64,000 nucleotides of DNA from an uncultured Bacillota bacterium (GTDB taxonomy: Bacteria > Bacillota > DTU025 > MWDF01): NCBI GenBank assembly GCA_963823655.1, contig CAWGMK010000007.1, positions 128,001-192,000 on the forward strand. Reading direction: 5' to 3'. Below are positions 62,444 through 64,000 of this stretch, piece after piece. Numbering within the stretch: the first letter of the stretch is position 1; each line of letters begins with the position of its first letter. The notes beneath the pieces were generated by a model. The model searched no databases. It was not told where the DNA came from and saw only the letters and a program-made list of their open reading frames with translations. A program made the position numbers and the translations under genes.

Positions 62444-63079
62444 CTATCTGGGCACCATCTCGCCCGAGTACTGCACTTTGATGCTCTTAAAAAGCACATA
62501 ACCTGAGCTTTGGAACGCTATAGCGCCAAAAGACGGGGCCACAAAATCACTTGAGAAAAAGCTGTAAGGGCTGTTGTAGATTTCGGTGTTGTTCAGCTTG
62601 ATCCTAACTTGGTTATCAGTTTTCGAGAATGTTAGAATATTGGACCCTATGTAGTTTATACCAGGCACTAAGGTATTAAATTCAACCTTGTTGTCGTAAT
62701 GATCATCGACGAATGAATACTTTTCATTAGGTGCGTCACTAAGATCATTAAAATCAATCCATAAATAACCGTCGCCCGGTTCAGCTAAGAATGCGAAAAA
62801 TAGATCCTTTATAGGATTTGATGGGATGCAGAAAATCTCGAAGACGACAGTCATTGTGACATCGCCCGAAAATGCGAAAGGCGCCGTAGCACTGTATGCG
62901 TCCAGCATCAGCCCATTGTCGTCGATGGCATTCTTCGCCTCGGCATCGTATACGAATAAATCCCAGCCGGCCAGATCATAGACATCTTCAAAAGTCACCG
63001 ACCAAGTCTTAGTACAACCTGAAAGCAATATGCACCCTGTGACGATCAGCGCAATGGCGAGCATCCGTAAGTGGCGCAC
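62444..63079 (-). CDS. Lipoprotein, family member L5
   Basis: Lipobox LSGC; APFAFSGD, PGINYIGSN, FKSIKVQY. Confidence 0.82.
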   Translation of the reverse strand: MRHLRMLAIALIVTGCILLSGCTKTWSVTFEDVYDLAGWDLFVYDAEAKNAIDDNGLMLDAYSATAPFAFSGDVTMTVVFEIFCIPSNPIKDLFFAFLAEPGDGYLWIDFNDLSDAPNEKYSFVDDHYDNKVEFNTLVPGINYIGSNILTFSKTDNQVRIKLNNTEIYNSPYSFFSSDFVAPSFGAIAFQSSGYVLFKSIKVQYSGEMVPR

Positions 63080-63349
63080 ATCAAACACCTCTTTCCTAAT
63101 GATATTGAATTAATAATTAGACGAATATTATATAACTCCTCTAATTTAGCGAAATGAAGCAATCGGCGCCTCCTTAACGGGCATCAATTCGGAGAATGCG
63201 TTTTCTTCATATGGCGGGGAAATCCCGGCAGAATCTTCTGGCCTTCAATTAGGCATTAGTTATCGAAAGAGGTTATTATTTCTTTATTGAAAGCATGAAA
63301 TTGGCGGTTTATACGGATTCCTAAGTCCGAGAAATAAAGGAGAGTTTCA

Positions 63350-63976
63350 ATGAAAGTATTATTGGTAAATGGCAGCGCGCACGCAAAAGGTTGCACTTAC
63401 ACGGCTCTAAGCGAGGTTGCAGGCGCATTGGACAAACAAGGCATCAGCACAGAGATCTACCAGTTGGGTACGAAGCCTATATCAGGTTGCCTGGGGTGCG
63501 GTACCTGCAAGAAGACCGGCCGGTGCTTCATGGATGATTCGGTGAACGAATTTTCCGAGATGGCGCTGAAGGCGGACGGCTTTGTTTTTGGCTCCCCGGT
63601 ATATTACGCATCTGCTTCCGGAATATTGATTTCCTTCATGGATAGGCTGTTCTATTCGAGCAACGCTATCCAAAAGTTTTCTTACAAGCCCGCTGCAGCC
63701 GTCGTCAGCGCGCGCCGCGCAGGCACTACTGCCTCATTCGACCAGATCAACAAGTACTTCTCCATTAACAGGATGCCGATCGTGTCGTCGCAATATTGGA
63801 ACATGGTCCATGGGAATACACCGGAGGAAGTCATGCAGGACCTGGAAGGGATGCAGATAATGCGTACTCTGGGTAATAACATGGCTTGGCTTATAAAATC
63901 CATAGAGGCCGGCAAAGCGGCAGGGTTGCCTTTGCCCGAAAGAGAAGAGCCTGCCCGCACGAACTTCATTCGTTAG
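63350..63976 (+). CDS. Flavodoxin-family iron-sulfur flavoprotein
   Basis: VNGS, CLGCGTCKKTGRC, FGSPVYY, RRAG, YWNMVHG, DLEGMQ. Confidence 0.92.
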   Translation: MKVLLVNGSAHAKGCTYTALSEVAGALDKQGISTEIYQLGTKPISGCLGCGTCKKTGRCFMDDSVNEFSEMALKADGFVFGSPVYYASASGILISFMDRLFYSSNAIQKFSYKPAAAVVSARRAGTTASFDQINKYFSINRMPIVSSQYWNMVHGNTPEEVMQDLEGMQIMRTLGNNMAWLIKSIEAGKAAGLPLPEREEPARTNFIR

Positions 63977-64000
63977 TTGTGGCAACAAATGGGATCGAAA

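Noticed and set aside
1-64000. CRISPR array, rRNA, transposase, integrase or phage genes
   Set aside because: No regularly spaced repeats of about 30 bp and no recognisable motifs for these were found by eye

Overview
This is a 64-kb chromosomal segment with Bacillota-type gene order. The backbone follows the Bacillus subtilis origin-proximal block: decarboxylase, tmk, holB, ricT, trmN6, abrB, metG, tatD, yabE, rsmA, ispE, ridA, spoVG, glmU, prs, pth, mfd, yabN/mazG, divIC, yabR. It also holds lysA, mscL, hsp20, a YchF paralogue, nifU, tdh-kbl and four tRNAs (Gln-TTG, Leu-TAA, Met-CAT, Lys-CTT). Accessory blocks lie next to the tRNA 3' ends. The most notable observations are: (1) three tandem paralogous small beta-barrel outer-membrane-like proteins, implying a diderm envelope; (2) a dispersed five-member family of divergent beta-rich lipoproteins, three preceded by SigH-like promoters; (3) a selenocysteine peroxiredoxin split by the ORF track, with in-frame UGA and a SECIS-like hairpin; (4) a lytic transglycosylase-like protein beside divIC with His in place of the catalytic Glu; (5) a secreted phospholipase C/P1-nuclease-like protein; (6) an acyl-ACP-reductase-like enzyme in a lower-GC island after tRNA-Lys. 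More than a dozen single-base frameshifts, some in housekeeping genes, are most likely long-read assembly errors. No CRISPR array, rRNA, integrase or transposase was seen. All family calls come from recognising motifs by eye; no database searches were run.
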